Notes: a model not told the origin generated them from the letters alone. DNA of 64,000 bases from an uncultured Christensenella sp. (GCA_905193155.1 CAJJNQ010000001.1:1315-65314); one strand, 5' to 3'. Positions 19,801 through 29,022 are shown, numbered from the stretch's first letter. Numbers and translations are program-made.

Positions 19801-21013
19801 GGCAACCCTGCGGGACGCGCGCAGGCTCGATACGCCCCTCCATCGCCAGCCCCGTGATCAGCCCGCAGTCAAGTGCGTCGGCGGCGGTCTTGGCAAATAC
19901 GCGCATCACGCTCACCTCGCCCGGCCTGTGCCCCGCGCGGCCCAAGCGCTGCAATTCGCCGGAAATCGAGCGCGGACACCCCACTTGCAGCACCAGATCC
20001 ACAAACCCCACGTCAATGCCCAGCTCCATTGAGGAGGTTGCGCAAAGCAGGCGGAGCTGCCCGTTGCGCAGCTGCTCCTCTGCCTCACGGCGCTGCTCTT
20101 TGGAAACGCAGCCGTGGTGCGTGCGCGCATAGCCTTCCCCGCCGAGCAGATTGACCTCATAGGCCAGCCGCTCCGCCTGCTGCCTTCCTTCGACAAAGGC
20201 AATCACCGTGCGGGCACTTCGGCAGAGCGCATAGACCTGCCTGGCGATATCCGGCCAGATTGTACCCTGCACCGCGCGCAGATCGGGCAGCGGCGACAGG
20301 ACGCGGATCTCCTTGCCCTTGCGGATTTCCGGTGCGACAATCATGCAGGGCGACGGATAAGCCAAATAATCCGCCGCGCGCTGCAAGGGCTGAATCGTAG
20401 CGGAAAGGCCGATACGCTGCAAGCGTCGCCCGCACAGTTCGTCCAGCCGCGCCAGCGAGAGCATCAGGTGTGCACCGCGCTTGGTTCCGATCAGCGCGTG
20501 CATTTCGTCCACGATTACGGCCTGCGCGGTGCGCAGCATCTTCCGGCTGCGCGGCGAGGTGAGCAGCAGATAGAGCGATTCCGGCGTAGTGATGAGGATG
20601 TGCGGCGGGTGCGTCAGCATTTTCTGCCGTTCATAGGAGGTGGTGTCGCCCGTGCGCATCGCCATGCGCAGCTGCGGCCCGGCGATGCCCTCGTTGGGGC
20701 GCTTCAAATTCTCACGGATATCCGCCGCCAGTGATTTCAGCGGCGAAACATAGATCACGCAGAGCGCTTCGGGCAGCTCCCCCGCTTCGGCTTGCGCCTT
20801 AAAGCGGTCTATGAAGGCCAGGAACGCCGTCAGCGTCTTGCCGGTGCCGGTCGGCGCGCTGATGAGCACGTTTTCACCCGCGGCGATGTGCGGCCAGCCC
20901 TCGGCCTGCACCGCCGTCGGCGTTCCGACCTCCCGCGCAAACCACTCCCGCGTCTGTTGTGAAAAAAGCTGTTCCATGCCGTCCTCCACGTTTTCTCTTT
21001 TCCGAATGGCCAT
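16895..21013 (-). CDS. lhr: Lhr-family DEAD/DEAH-box helicase
   Basis: SAPTGTGKT, VDEMH, LSAT, ATSSMELGID and QRLGRAGH motifs, followed by a long Lhr-type C-terminal extension. The start may instead be the ATG at 20977 (MEQLF) after GGAGGA. Confidence 0.85.
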   Translation of the reverse strand: MAIRKRENVEDGMEQLFSQQTREWFAREVGTPTAVQAEGWPHIAAGENVLISAPTGTGKTLTAFLAFIDRFKAQAEAGELPEALCVIYVSPLKSLAADIRENLKRPNEGIAGPQLRMAMRTGDTTSYERQKMLTHPPHILITTPESLYLLLTSPRSRKMLRTAQAVIVDEMHALIGTKRGAHLMLSLARLDELCGRRLQRIGLSATIQPLQRAADYLAYPSPCMIVAPEIRKGKEIRVLSPLPDLRAVQGTIWPDIARQVYALCRSARTVIAFVEGRQQAERLAYEVNLLGGEGYARTHHGCVSKEQRREAEEQLRNGQLRLLCATSSMELGIDVGFVDLVLQVGCPRSISGELQRLGRAGHRPGEVSVMRVFAKTAADALDCGLITGLAMEGRIEPARVPQGCLDVLAQHLTSMAADGEYTVEDALRVVHGCWSFRNITREDICACLRMLAGDWEHEQDRPVRARVLYDRIHGCVSGDAYTRMLAVSAGGTIPDRGWYAVVLADGTHLGELDEEFVFEAHVGDKFLLGAFAWRIQEIRRDRVVVAPTTGEGAQPPFWRGEGQGRAYETGIYIGKELEELERSAKQGALIPALEKLHMDRDAAANAARHLRSQLKATGVLPTHRRILCEHFVDDAGDHQLMVHSVFGGQVNSALALLCRYEAMRRTGQDIHVFDDDNGFLLYLVGSAQLPDGLLEGLDPEKSVEKVRALLPAAPLFSMTFRYAASCALMLGSRGRGRQPLWVQRIRGAEQFSALAEEKTHPLMREAMRSCTEDYLDLDALQKVLHGIRDGSIEVRELHLDAPSPMALPMRRAAEASLTYEYDNIPSRAVRAVERELEKQEGIVPEAQAIEEQFRRKHLPGSPEELHQALMAEGDLAAGEMDVPVEWLTRLAEQGRARYIEPGLWIAEEEAALYADALETGNEEALRRIVRRCLRYRGGQNAESLDQRYLAGENRLAAALDALQKEGRAVCRGGIYYHEQIYTRAQQDTLKARRSSVRTVPSERFAALMAERTRHSGTPAEQLRAALDELLGQAFLRKTWESELLPARVSGLTPKMLDELLAEGEYCWAMEGQALRFFRTENVDWDAELPKEEIREEDERIVLETLKKRGACFASALSAQMKGRSALEPLLYLAHKGLVRSDSLTPLRVEEEVLLPGKTDGRRLAAARARALSAGRWELARPERPLTEEEALNRAFDACPILCRETITGVAWPQAVEKLRVWEYTGRVRRGYFVQGLSGMQFVRAEEYERICAVLASPSEKAVWLPAPDPAQSWGRLLPHAPGREFLRVPGTAVCLCGGCAAAVLEKSGEQLRLFEPEAAESALGALARDFTSRRVFPERENLRIKTYPACAVSAMEKAGFVRVMLDYVLYRE

Positions 21014-21037
21014 CCGATAAGCCGGAACCCGAAAATT

Positions 21038-21472
21038 TTATTTTGCATTTTTATAGGAAACCGCAATATGGCTTGGTGCAAACACAATGGCGGAAAGCGT
21101 CAGGAGCAAGGATCTGCTCATCACTCCGCTAAATAAGAACAGCGCCGAGGGAAGGATTGAGAGCGCCAGCGCTTTGAAAACGCTTTTTTTCTTAAACCAC
21201 ACCATCCAAATGAGACAGTAAAACGCTGCCAATACGATATCCACGGTCAAATACAGGGCAAACGCTTCATCCGACCACCACCCGAACCAGGTTCCGGGAA
21301 TATGGACGATCATAAATCCAAAGCATCCGAATCTCCCGATTTGTTCCGCGGCCTCGACGATTTTATTTTTCCGCTTGTTTTCAAAGCCATCTTTGCACTT
21401 TATTGCAAATACGATATTGGGGATCATGATAACCGCCATGATCATCAAGCCAAAGACGTTCAACCAATCCAT
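21038..21472 (-). CDS. Hypothetical membrane protein (4 TM), lower-GC
   Basis: Hydrophobic segment pattern. No family recognised. Confidence 0.45.
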   Translation of the reverse strand: MDWLNVFGLMIMAVIMIPNIVFAIKCKDGFENKRKNKIVEAAEQIGRFGCFGFMIVHIPGTWFGWWSDEAFALYLTVDIVLAAFYCLIWMVWFKKKSVFKALALSILPSALFLFSGVMSRSLLLTLSAIVFAPSHIAVSYKNAK

Positions 21473-21565
21473 AAAATTCTTCTATTCTATCGCGTTTCTC
21501 CGTAATTCTTCAAAAAAGAGCACGCCGGTTTTGCTCCTGCGCACTCTCATTATAGCGCAATCGCC

Positions 21566-22999
21566 TTAAAGCGTCACGCCGGTTTTCAGGATGGCAATAT
21601 CCTGAAGCCCCGCCTTTTCTGCCTTGACCCTTTCGCCCGACGCGACGCGCAGCACCATCTCTTCCAGCCGTTCGGCGCAGGCTTCGATGGATTCTTCTTC
21701 CAGCACAGGTCCCGCATCAAAGTCGATCCAGCTGCCCTTTTTCTCCGCCAGGGCGCTGTTGGAGGAAAGCTTCATCGTAGGCACAGGGCAGGCAAAAGGC
21801 GTGCCGCGCCCCGTCGAGAACAGCACGATCTGCGCGCCCGCCAGCGCCAGCGCAGTGGAGGCCACCAGGTCGTTCCCCGGCGCGGCCACCAGGTGCAGTC
21901 CCTGCCCGTGCAGCCGCTGCGCATAGCCCAGCACGCCGCGCACCGGCGCGGAGCCGCTCTTCTGCGTGCAGCCCAATGATTTTTCCTCCAGCGTGGTGAT
22001 GCCGCCCGCTTTGTTGCCGGGTGATGGATTTTCGTAAACCGGCTGCCCCGCCGCGGCGAAGCTGTCTTTGAAGGATTGAATCAGACGCACGGTGTCTCGA
22101 AACACCGTTTCATTTTCGCAACGATCCATCAGCTGCTGTTCCGCGCCGAACATCTCCGGCACCTCGGTCAGCAGCGACGCGCCGCCGCAGGCAACGATAC
22201 GGTCGGACAGCGCGCCGATCACAGGATTGGCCGTCAGGCCGGAAAACCCATCCGACCCGCCGCACTTGAGGCCGAGCACGAGCTTATCCTCCCCCACCTC
22301 CTGCCGCACATCCTCCGCCGCCCGGTCGATCAGCTCATGCAGCAGCGCAAGCCCTTCCGCCATTTCGTCGTCTGCGTCCTGGCAGACCAGAAATTTCACG
22401 CGCTGCGGATCGCAGTTTTCCATACGCTTTCGGATTTCTTCCACACCGCTGTTCTCGCAGCCCAGCCCCAACACCAGCACGCCGCCCGCGTTGGGATGGC
22501 AGGCCAGCGCCGCCAACGCCTGCCGCGTATTTTCCTGATCATCCCCCAGCTGCGAGCAGCCGTAAGGGTGCTCAAAGGCGAGCACGTCGGTCACGCTGCC
22601 GTGCAGATATTCCCGCGTCTGCCGCGCGAGACTCTGCGCCGCCTTACCCACGCATCCTACGGTGGGCAGAATCCAGATTTCGTTGCGAATGCCCACGCGG
22701 CCGTCCGCCCGCACAAAGCCCCGAAAAGTGCGCGGCGCTCTCCCCGGCAGCGCGCATTCCACGGGATGATAGACATACTCCTCATGGACGCGCAGCGCCG
22801 AGCGCAGGTTATGCGTATGCACCCATTCGCCCTTGTGAATATTGCACCGGGCCAGCCCGATGCGGCAACCGTATTTGATGACCTCGCCGCCCTCCGGAAT
22901 ATCGCAAAGCGCCATTTTGTGTCCCGCAGGAATCTCTCCCTGTGCCTTCAGGCACACGGCAACGTTGTCGCGCGGATGAATCTTCAGTTTCTCTTTCAT
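21566..22999 (-). CDS. uxaA: Altronate dehydratase
   Basis: Colinear with E. coli UxaA (WILPTVGCV, YGCSQLGDD, ECGGSDG, YENPSPGNKAGGITTLE.KSLGCTQK, FSTGRGTP). ATG 22999 overlaps the uxaB stop by 4 nt (ATGA). Confidence 0.9.
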   Translation of the reverse strand: MKEKLKIHPRDNVAVCLKAQGEIPAGHKMALCDIPEGGEVIKYGCRIGLARCNIHKGEWVHTHNLRSALRVHEEYVYHPVECALPGRAPRTFRGFVRADGRVGIRNEIWILPTVGCVGKAAQSLARQTREYLHGSVTDVLAFEHPYGCSQLGDDQENTRQALAALACHPNAGGVLVLGLGCENSGVEEIRKRMENCDPQRVKFLVCQDADDEMAEGLALLHELIDRAAEDVRQEVGEDKLVLGLKCGGSDGFSGLTANPVIGALSDRIVACGGASLLTEVPEMFGAEQQLMDRCENETVFRDTVRLIQSFKDSFAAAGQPVYENPSPGNKAGGITTLEEKSLGCTQKSGSAPVRGVLGYAQRLHGQGLHLVAAPGNDLVASTALALAGAQIVLFSTGRGTPFACPVPTMKLSSNSALAEKKGSWIDFDAGPVLEEESIEACAERLEEMVLRVASGERVKAEKAGLQDIAILKTGVTL

Positions 23000-24435
23000 G
23001 CTCCCAACTCCCCGATACACGCCTGAACGCCGTCTTTCCGAATGCGTTCCCGCCAATGCGCCACACACGCCGCAAAGTCTGGAATTTCGTTCAAATTCAT
23101 GCCCCATAAGGTTTTGCAGGCCAGCAGACGCGGCAGATCCTCCCGGAATTGTTCGATGCTGCGCAGCGAATTATCTTCATCCCGCAGCACATAGGGCTGC
23201 TCGCCGCGCAGGCAGCGCATCTCGCCGCCCTGCGCCTTTCCGGAATACAGTTCCAGCAGCGCCGCCAGCGAAAAGGCGAGGTTCTGCGGAATCTCTCCGT
23301 TCTTTTTCACATCGTCCAGCAGCGTGGGCAGGATGCGCGCGCGCCACTTAGAGACGGAGTTCAGGCAAATTGCCAGCAAACTGTGATCGATATATGGGTT
23401 GGCAAAGCGCTCCAGCACGGAATTTGCAAAGGCGTGCAGTTCCTCTTCCGGCTGATCGATGGTAGGCAAAATCTCTTTTTCCAGCGTTTTGCGGATGAAT
23501 CGGCCGAAATCGGGATCGAGCACCGCGTCGCGCACGATGTCGAACCCCGCAAGGTACGCCGCTGGCACAAAGGAAGTGTGCGCGCCGTTGAGCAGACGCA
23601 CCTTGCGCGTGCGGTAGGGCGCAAGGTCTTGGGCATAGATCACGGGCAGCCCCGCCTTTTGCAGCGGCATCTCCTCTTCGATCTCCCGGTCGCAGGCAAT
23701 GACCCAGCTCATGTACGGCTCCGCTGCGACAAGGCAATCGTCCTGCACACCGAGCTTTGCGCACAGCGCATCTGCATCAGCGGGCTTTCCCGTCACGATG
23801 CGGTCCACCAGCGTGGAAGCGAAGGCGCAGCTCTCGTCCAGCCAATTCAAAAAACGCTCCCCCAGTCCCCATTTTTCGGCATAACGGACAACCAGCGTCC
23901 GCAGCGCGCCGCCGTTGTCGTCAATCAGCTCCATCGGCAGCATGATCAGCCCCTTATTCCCGGCATAATCAAAGGCCTGCGCACGGGCATAGAGCAGCTG
24001 CGTGAGCTTTGCCGGAAAGCTGCGCGGCGGGCGATCCGCCGCTTCGTCGCGCTCGTCCCAAGCGATGCCCGCCTCAGTGGTATTGGACAGCACAAACCGC
24101 AGTTCCGGCAGCTTGGCCAGCGCCAGCACCCTGTCATATTGCGCAGGACAAGCCAGTGCATCGCTCACGCAGGTGACCATGCAAAATCTTTCGACCGGTG
24201 CGCCGTTTTCCAGCCCGCGCAGCGCCACCGTATAGACACAATCTTGCCCCTTCAGCGCAGAAAGACTGCCGTGGCCGGTGGATTTGACCATCACGACGCT
24301 GCCGTTCCAATCGGTTTTTTCATTCACAATCTCCAGCATCCAATCGGCAAAGGCGCGCAGGAAATTTCCCGTGCCGAACTGCACCACCCGGATCGGGCGC
24401 TCCGCTTTATCCATCAAGGTTGAGACGTTTTTCAT
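22996..24435 (-). CDS. uxaB: Tagaturonate reductase (altronate oxidoreductase)
   Basis: VQFGTGNFLRAF, NTTEAGI, STLVDRIV, LNGAHT and NPYI.H blocks as in UxaB. Start at ATG 24435 after AGAGGGATGG. Confidence 0.85.
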   Translation of the reverse strand: MKNVSTLMDKAERPIRVVQFGTGNFLRAFADWMLEIVNEKTDWNGSVVMVKSTGHGSLSALKGQDCVYTVALRGLENGAPVERFCMVTCVSDALACPAQYDRVLALAKLPELRFVLSNTTEAGIAWDERDEAADRPPRSFPAKLTQLLYARAQAFDYAGNKGLIMLPMELIDDNGGALRTLVVRYAEKWGLGERFLNWLDESCAFASTLVDRIVTGKPADADALCAKLGVQDDCLVAAEPYMSWVIACDREIEEEMPLQKAGLPVIYAQDLAPYRTRKVRLLNGAHTSFVPAAYLAGFDIVRDAVLDPDFGRFIRKTLEKEILPTIDQPEEELHAFANSVLERFANPYIDHSLLAICLNSVSKWRARILPTLLDDVKKNGEIPQNLAFSLAALLELYSGKAQGGEMRCLRGEQPYVLRDEDNSLRSIEQFREDLPRLLACKTLWGMNLNEIPDFAACVAHWRERIRKDGVQACIGELGA

Positions 24436-24454
24436 TTTCCATCCCTCTTTATTC

Positions 24455-24478
24455 ATGTAATTGCTTACATTGTAAGCA
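24455..24478. promoter_or_regulatory. Candidate LacI-family operator: three TGTAA/TTACA half-sites
   Basis: aTGTAAttgcTTACAtTGTAAgca. Contains the perfect palindrome TGCTTACA-t-TGTAAGCA. Located in the uxaB / lacI divergent region. Confidence 0.5.
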
Positions 24479-24497
24479 TACACTTGTTTTCAGGGGA

Positions 24498-24526
24498 TTG
24501 TCAAGGTTCGTCGGACGCGCTATAAT
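24498..24526 (+). promoter_or_regulatory. Sigma-70 type promoter for lacI-uxaC
   Basis: TTGTCA, 17-nt spacer, TATAAT. Confidence 0.55.
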
Positions 24527-24573
24527 GAGCTTTGGAGAAAGCATTTACACAGAAAAAAGGAGGGGCGCAGCGC

Positions 24574-25599
24574 ATGAACATCTACGATATCTCGCAGCTG
24601 GCAGGCGTTTCCATCGCGACGGTCTCCCGCGTCATCAACGGCAGCGACCGCGTCAGCGCGCGCACGCGGCAGAAGGTGCTGCGCGTCATCGAGGAAAACG
24701 GCTATACGCCCAACGCCTTTGCGCGCGGTCTGGGGTTGAATACGATGCACACCGTCGGCCTGCTCTGCGCGGACAGCTCCGACCCGTATCTGGCGCAGGC
24801 GGTCTACAACCTGGAACAGGAGCTGCGCTTAAACGGCTACGACTGCCTGCTCTGCTGCACGGGCTACGCGCGGGAAACCAAGGAAAAATATCTGGATCTT
24901 CTGCTGAGCAAGCACGTGGACGGACTGATCTTTGTCGGCTCCCAGTTCACCGAAAGCGCGCCGGAGGACAACGAGTACATCCGCCGGGCAGCGCGGCAGG
25001 TTCCCTCTGTGCTGCTGGGCGGCTCTTTGGAAGGGCCGAATCTTTACGTTACCCAGTGCGACGAACGCGCCGCGATGCGTTCCGCCGCCGCGCGTTTAAT
25101 GGACAGCGGCTGTGAGAGCATCCTCTATCTTTACAACTCGCTGTCCTTTTCTTCCCGAAACAAGCTGGCTGGCTATCGGGAGGGATGCCAACTGCGCGGC
25201 AAGCCCGCCCCGGCGAGCCACGCGCTGCTGCTGGATATGTATCAGTTCGACGTGGTGCAGGCGCGTGATCTGCTGCTGCGCCGCTGGGAAGAGGGGCTGC
25301 GCTTTGACGCAGTGCTGGCCGCCGACGACCGGCTGGCGGTGGGCGCGGCGAAGTTCGCCAAGCGGCAGGGGTTGCGTGTGCCGGAGGATTTGCAGATCAT
25401 CGGCTGCAACAACAGCCCCATCGCGAGATATTGCGACCCGGAATTGACGAGCATCGATAACCAGCTGGGCGCGCTGTGCCACCAGTGCGTCACCACCCTG
25501 ATGGAAGTGCTGGCCGGAAAATCCAGCCCCACGCGCACGGTGTTTTCCGCCGTGCTGGTGGAGCGTGAATCCACTGCCCTGAAACGTGAGGAGGACTAG
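24574..25599 (+). CDS. LacI family transcriptional regulator
   Basis: MNIYDISQLAGVSIATVSRVINGS HTH and a periplasmic-binding-like core. ATG 24574 follows AAGGAGGGG. Confidence 0.85.
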   Translation: MNIYDISQLAGVSIATVSRVINGSDRVSARTRQKVLRVIEENGYTPNAFARGLGLNTMHTVGLLCADSSDPYLAQAVYNLEQELRLNGYDCLLCCTGYARETKEKYLDLLLSKHVDGLIFVGSQFTESAPEDNEYIRRAARQVPSVLLGGSLEGPNLYVTQCDERAAMRSAAARLMDSGCESILYLYNSLSFSSRNKLAGYREGCQLRGKPAPASHALLLDMYQFDVVQARDLLLRRWEEGLRFDAVLAADDRLAVGAAKFAKRQGLRVPEDLQIIGCNNSPIARYCDPELTSIDNQLGALCHQCVTTLMEVLAGKSSPTRTVFSAVLVERESTALKREED

Positions 25600-25603
25600 A
25601 ACC

Positions 25604-27010
25604 ATGGCTGCTTTTATGGATGAAAACTTTTTGCTCAAAACGCCTGCGGCGCGCAAGCTGTTCTTCGATTACGCATCGCAAATGCCCATCATCGACTACC
25701 ACTGCCATTTGAGCCCGCAGGAAATCTATGAAAACCGCGGCTTTGAGAACCTGACGCAGGCGTGGCTGGGCGGCGACCACTACAAATGGCGCCTGATGCG
25801 CGCGGCTGGCGTGGAGGAAAAATACATCACCGGCGACGCGCCCGATCGCGAAAAATTCCAGAAATACGCCGAGGTGCTCTCCCGCGCCATCGGCAATCCG
25901 CTCTATCATTGGAGCCATCTGGAATTGCAGCGCTTCTTCGGCTGGAAGGGCGTGTTGAGGCCGGATACCGCGCAGGAGGTCTGGGATCTGACCTGCGAAA
26001 AGCTGAAGGATCCGGAAATGCGCGCGCGCAAGCTGATCGAAAACAGCAACGTCAAGCTCGTCTGCACCACGGACGACCCTGCGGACAGCCTGATCTGGCA
26101 CGAAAAACTGGCTGCCGATGCTTCCTTCCCGGTCAAGGTGCTGCCCGCATGGCGGCCCGACCAGGCCATGAACATCGAAAAGCGCTCCTTTACCGACTAC
26201 ATTGAAAAACTGAGCGAAGCCTCCGGCGTCGTCATCAAGGACTTTGACACGCTGCTGGCCGCGCTGGACAGACGCATGGAGTTCTTCCACGCGCACGGCT
26301 GCCGCCTTTCCGATCACGGCCTGCCCTACGCGATGTACGCACCGTTGCCGCGCGACCAGGTCAACGACGCGCTGCTCCGCCGGCTGGACGGCATGCCCCT
26401 CTCCCCGGAAGAGGCGCTGGGCTACAAGACGGCGCTTCTGCTGCACCTGGGCCGCCGCTATGCCGAGCGCGGCTGGGCGATGCAGCTGCATTACGGCTGC
26501 AAGCGGGACAACAACTCCGCCATGTTCGGCCGTCTGGGGCCGGATACCGGCTTTGACGCGATCGACGACCACACGCCGTCGGCGCAGCTGGCGGACTTCC
26601 TCGACGCGCTGGCCTGCACGGGCGAGCTGCCGCGCACGCTGGTTTACAGCCTGAACCCGGTGGACGACGATGCGATTGATTCCATTCTCGGCTGCTTCCA
26701 GGAGGGTCCGACGGTGTGCAAGATGCAGCACGGCTCGGCCTGGTGGTTCAACGATCAGAAGCAGGGCATGGAAAAGCAGCTGACCTCGCTGGCCAATAAA
26801 GGATATCTGGCGGGTTTTGTCGGGATGCTGACCGACAGCCGCTCCTTCCTGTCCTATCCCCGGCACGAATACTTCCGCCGCATCCTGTGCAACTTAATCG
26901 GCGGTTGGATTGAAGACGGCGAATATCCGGCCGATTTCGGCCTGTGGGGCAAGGTTGTGCAGGATATTTCCTACAACAACGCCCATACGTATTTCCGCTT
27001 CCCGGAATAA
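25604..27010 (+). CDS. uxaC: Glucuronate isomerase
   Basis: MAAFMDENFLL...A..LF......PIIDYHCHL and WWFND motifs. ATG 25604 follows GAGGAGGA. Confidence 0.9.
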   Translation: MAAFMDENFLLKTPAARKLFFDYASQMPIIDYHCHLSPQEIYENRGFENLTQAWLGGDHYKWRLMRAAGVEEKYITGDAPDREKFQKYAEVLSRAIGNPLYHWSHLELQRFFGWKGVLRPDTAQEVWDLTCEKLKDPEMRARKLIENSNVKLVCTTDDPADSLIWHEKLAADASFPVKVLPAWRPDQAMNIEKRSFTDYIEKLSEASGVVIKDFDTLLAALDRRMEFFHAHGCRLSDHGLPYAMYAPLPRDQVNDALLRRLDGMPLSPEEALGYKTALLLHLGRRYAERGWAMQLHYGCKRDNNSAMFGRLGPDTGFDAIDDHTPSAQLADFLDALACTGELPRTLVYSLNPVDDDAIDSILGCFQEGPTVCKMQHGSAWWFNDQKQGMEKQLTSLANKGYLAGFVGMLTDSRSFLSYPRHEYFRRILCNLIGGWIEDGEYPADFGLWGKVVQDISYNNAHTYFRFPE

Positions 27011-27106
27011 TTTCAAAACTTTACCCGCCTTGTGTTTCTTTTCCGCGCCGGGCGGGTATACTTTATTCATAAGTTTGATTTTACCCGCAGGGAGGAGCGA
27101 TTGACT

Positions 27107-28942
27107 TTGTATTGCGTCAAGAATGTCAAAGAAGATCTGATCTGGGTGGGCGGCAGCGACCGCCGTCTGGCTCTGTTTGAAAACGTGTTCCCGATCCCGC
27201 GCGGCGTTTCTTACAACGCCTACCTCGTGCAGGATGAGCAGACCGTGCTGATGGACACGGTAGACTCCTCCATCGGCAGCCTGTTCTTTGAAAATCTGGA
27301 GCACGCGCTGAACGGCAAAATGCTCAACTATGTAGTCGTCAACCACATGGAACCCGACCACGCGGCGACGCTGTCCGAGCTGGTGCTGCGCCATCCGGAG
27401 GTGACGGTGGTGTGCAACGCAAAGACCATCGTCATGATCCGTCAATTCTTCAACTTTGAGATTGACAGCCGTGCGCTCATCGTCAAGGAGGGCGACACGC
27501 TGTGCACCGGCCGCCATACCTTCACCTTCGTCATGGCCCCGATGGTTCACTGGCCGGAAGCGATGGTGACCTACGATGTGACGGACAAGGTGCTCTTCTC
27601 CGCGGATGCTTTCGGCACCTTCGGCGCGCTCAACGGCGGGCTGTTTGCCGATGAATATGATTTTGAAACCGAGTGGCTGCCCGATGCGCGCCGGTATTTC
27701 ACCAACATTGTGGGCAAATACGGCACGCAGGTACAGGCGCTGCTGAAGAAGGCCGCCGGCATCGAAATCGAGACCATCTGCCCGCTGCACGGCCCGGTCT
27801 GGCGCAAGAACATCGGCTGGTTCATCGACAAGTATCAGAAGTGGTCTACCTATACGCCGGAGGACAAGGCCGTGATGATCGCCTACGCCTCGGTCTACGG
27901 CAACACGCAGAACGCAGCGGAGATTTTGGCGGCGCGCCTTTCCGACAAGGGCGTGCGCAACATCGCCATGTACGACGTTTCGGTGACGCATCCCTCCGTG
28001 ATCGTTTCGGAGGCTTTCCGTTGCAGCCATCTGGTGTTCGCTTCCACCACCTATAACGCGGGCATTTTCGTCAACATGGAAACCGCGCTGCATGATATTG
28101 TCGCGCACAACCTGCAAAACCGCACCGTGGCGCTGATTGAGAACGGCACTTGGGCGCCGACCTCCGGCAACCTGATGCGCGATCTGCTCTCCAAGTGCAA
28201 GAACATGACCATTCTGGAGGACAAGGTGACGCTGCGCTCCTCCGTCAAGGGCGAGCAGCTGGAAGGTCTGATCCGCCTGGCGGACGAAATCGCCGCATCG
28301 GTGCTGCCCGCGCCCGCCGCTGCGCCGGAGAAGAAGGTCGATCAGAACGCGATGTTCAAGCTCTCCTACGGCCTGTTCCTGCTCACAGCCAAGGATCAGA
28401 AGGACAACGGCTGCATCATCAACACCGTCACCCAGATCACCGATACCCCCAAGCGCATCTCCATCGCGGTCAACAAGCTCAACCTGACCCATGACATGAT
28501 CGCCCGCACCGGCAAGTTCAACCTGACGGTGCTCTCGCAGGACGCGCCGTTCAAGATCTTTGAGCATTACGGCTTCCACAGCGGCCGCGACGTGAACAAA
28601 TTCGAAGACCACGACCTGCCCCGCACGGAAAACGGCCTGATCTATCTGCCCGGCAGCAGCTGCGCCGTGCTCAGCGCCACCGTGACCGGCAAGCAGGAAT
28701 ACGAAACGCACACGGTGTTCTTTGCGGAAGTTACCGAGGCCAAGGTGCTCTCCGACGTGCCGCCGATGACCTATGATTACTACTTTGCCCACGTCAAGCC
28801 CCAGCCGCAGCCCGCGGCGGAACAGCAGAAGGGCTGGGTCTGCAAGGTCTGCGGTTACATCTATCCGGAAGAAGTGCTGCCGCCCGATTTCATCTGCCCG
28901 CTGTGCAAGCACGGCGCAGAAGATTTTGAGCCGCTGAACTGA
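27107..28942 (+). CDS. Multidomain flavodiiron protein (FprA core + flavin-reductase-like domain + rubredoxin)
   Basis: YCVKNV..DL.WVGG.DRRL.LFEN start, HMEPDH diiron motif, flavodoxin-like middle, flavin-reductase-like segment, and C-terminal WVCKVCGYIY...CPLCKHG rubredoxin. A TTG start at 27107 (or 27101) follows GGAGGAG. Confidence 0.8.
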   Translation: MYCVKNVKEDLIWVGGSDRRLALFENVFPIPRGVSYNAYLVQDEQTVLMDTVDSSIGSLFFENLEHALNGKMLNYVVVNHMEPDHAATLSELVLRHPEVTVVCNAKTIVMIRQFFNFEIDSRALIVKEGDTLCTGRHTFTFVMAPMVHWPEAMVTYDVTDKVLFSADAFGTFGALNGGLFADEYDFETEWLPDARRYFTNIVGKYGTQVQALLKKAAGIEIETICPLHGPVWRKNIGWFIDKYQKWSTYTPEDKAVMIAYASVYGNTQNAAEILAARLSDKGVRNIAMYDVSVTHPSVIVSEAFRCSHLVFASTTYNAGIFVNMETALHDIVAHNLQNRTVALIENGTWAPTSGNLMRDLLSKCKNMTILEDKVTLRSSVKGEQLEGLIRLADEIAASVLPAPAAAPEKKVDQNAMFKLSYGLFLLTAKDQKDNGCIINTVTQITDTPKRISIAVNKLNLTHDMIARTGKFNLTVLSQDAPFKIFEHYGFHSGRDVNKFEDHDLPRTENGLIYLPGSSCAVLSATVTGKQEYETHTVFFAEVTEAKVLSDVPPMTYDYYFAHVKPQPQPAAEQQKGWVCKVCGYIYPEEVLPPDFICPLCKHGAEDFEPLN

Positions 28943-28968
28943 TTTCAAAACCCTTTTCCAAAATCAAA

Positions 28969-29008
28969 GCAGCCCCTCCACAGGATCACCTTCCTGTGGA
29001 GGGGCTGC
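28969..29008. terminator. Bidirectional terminator (17-bp stem)
   Basis: GCAGCCCCTCCACAGGA-tcacct-TCCTGTGGAGGGGCTGC between convergent genes. Confidence 0.8.
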
Positions 29009-29022
29009 TTACTTCTTCTTGC

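Noticed and set aside
16874-20032. 1052-aa plus-strand ORF
   Set aside because: Antisense to the Lhr helicase, whose motifs are unambiguous. Low-complexity R/A/P/Q composition.
16895-21013. Lhr helicase as part of a defence system
   Set aside because: Neighbours are a YitT protein, a nitroreductase and a small membrane protein. There is no nuclease, methylase or other defence partner. Its size and motifs fit housekeeping Lhr.
21174-21187. cre-like TTGAAAACGCTTTT
   Set aside because: Lies inside a coding region and lacks the conserved distal C of the CcpA consensus.
21566-23107. N-terminal extensions of track ORFs (uxaA and also kdgK, SDR, uxaB, lacI, uxaC, GNAT, esterase, DUF3793, DtxR-like, VanW)
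   Set aside because: Internal ATG starts with good SD sequences match the N-termini of the known families. The extensions would overlap upstream genes.
26894-28948. 684-aa minus-strand ORF, and similar long antisense ORFs (25490..26866, 31475..32455, 33687..35267, 35351..36472, 37534..39600, 40667..42187, 43172..43969, 50457..51611, 51629..52870, 53671..54453, 54504..56504, 61117..62367)
   Set aside because: Each lies opposite a gene with clear family motifs and SD-preceded starts. All show antisense-type amino-acid bias.
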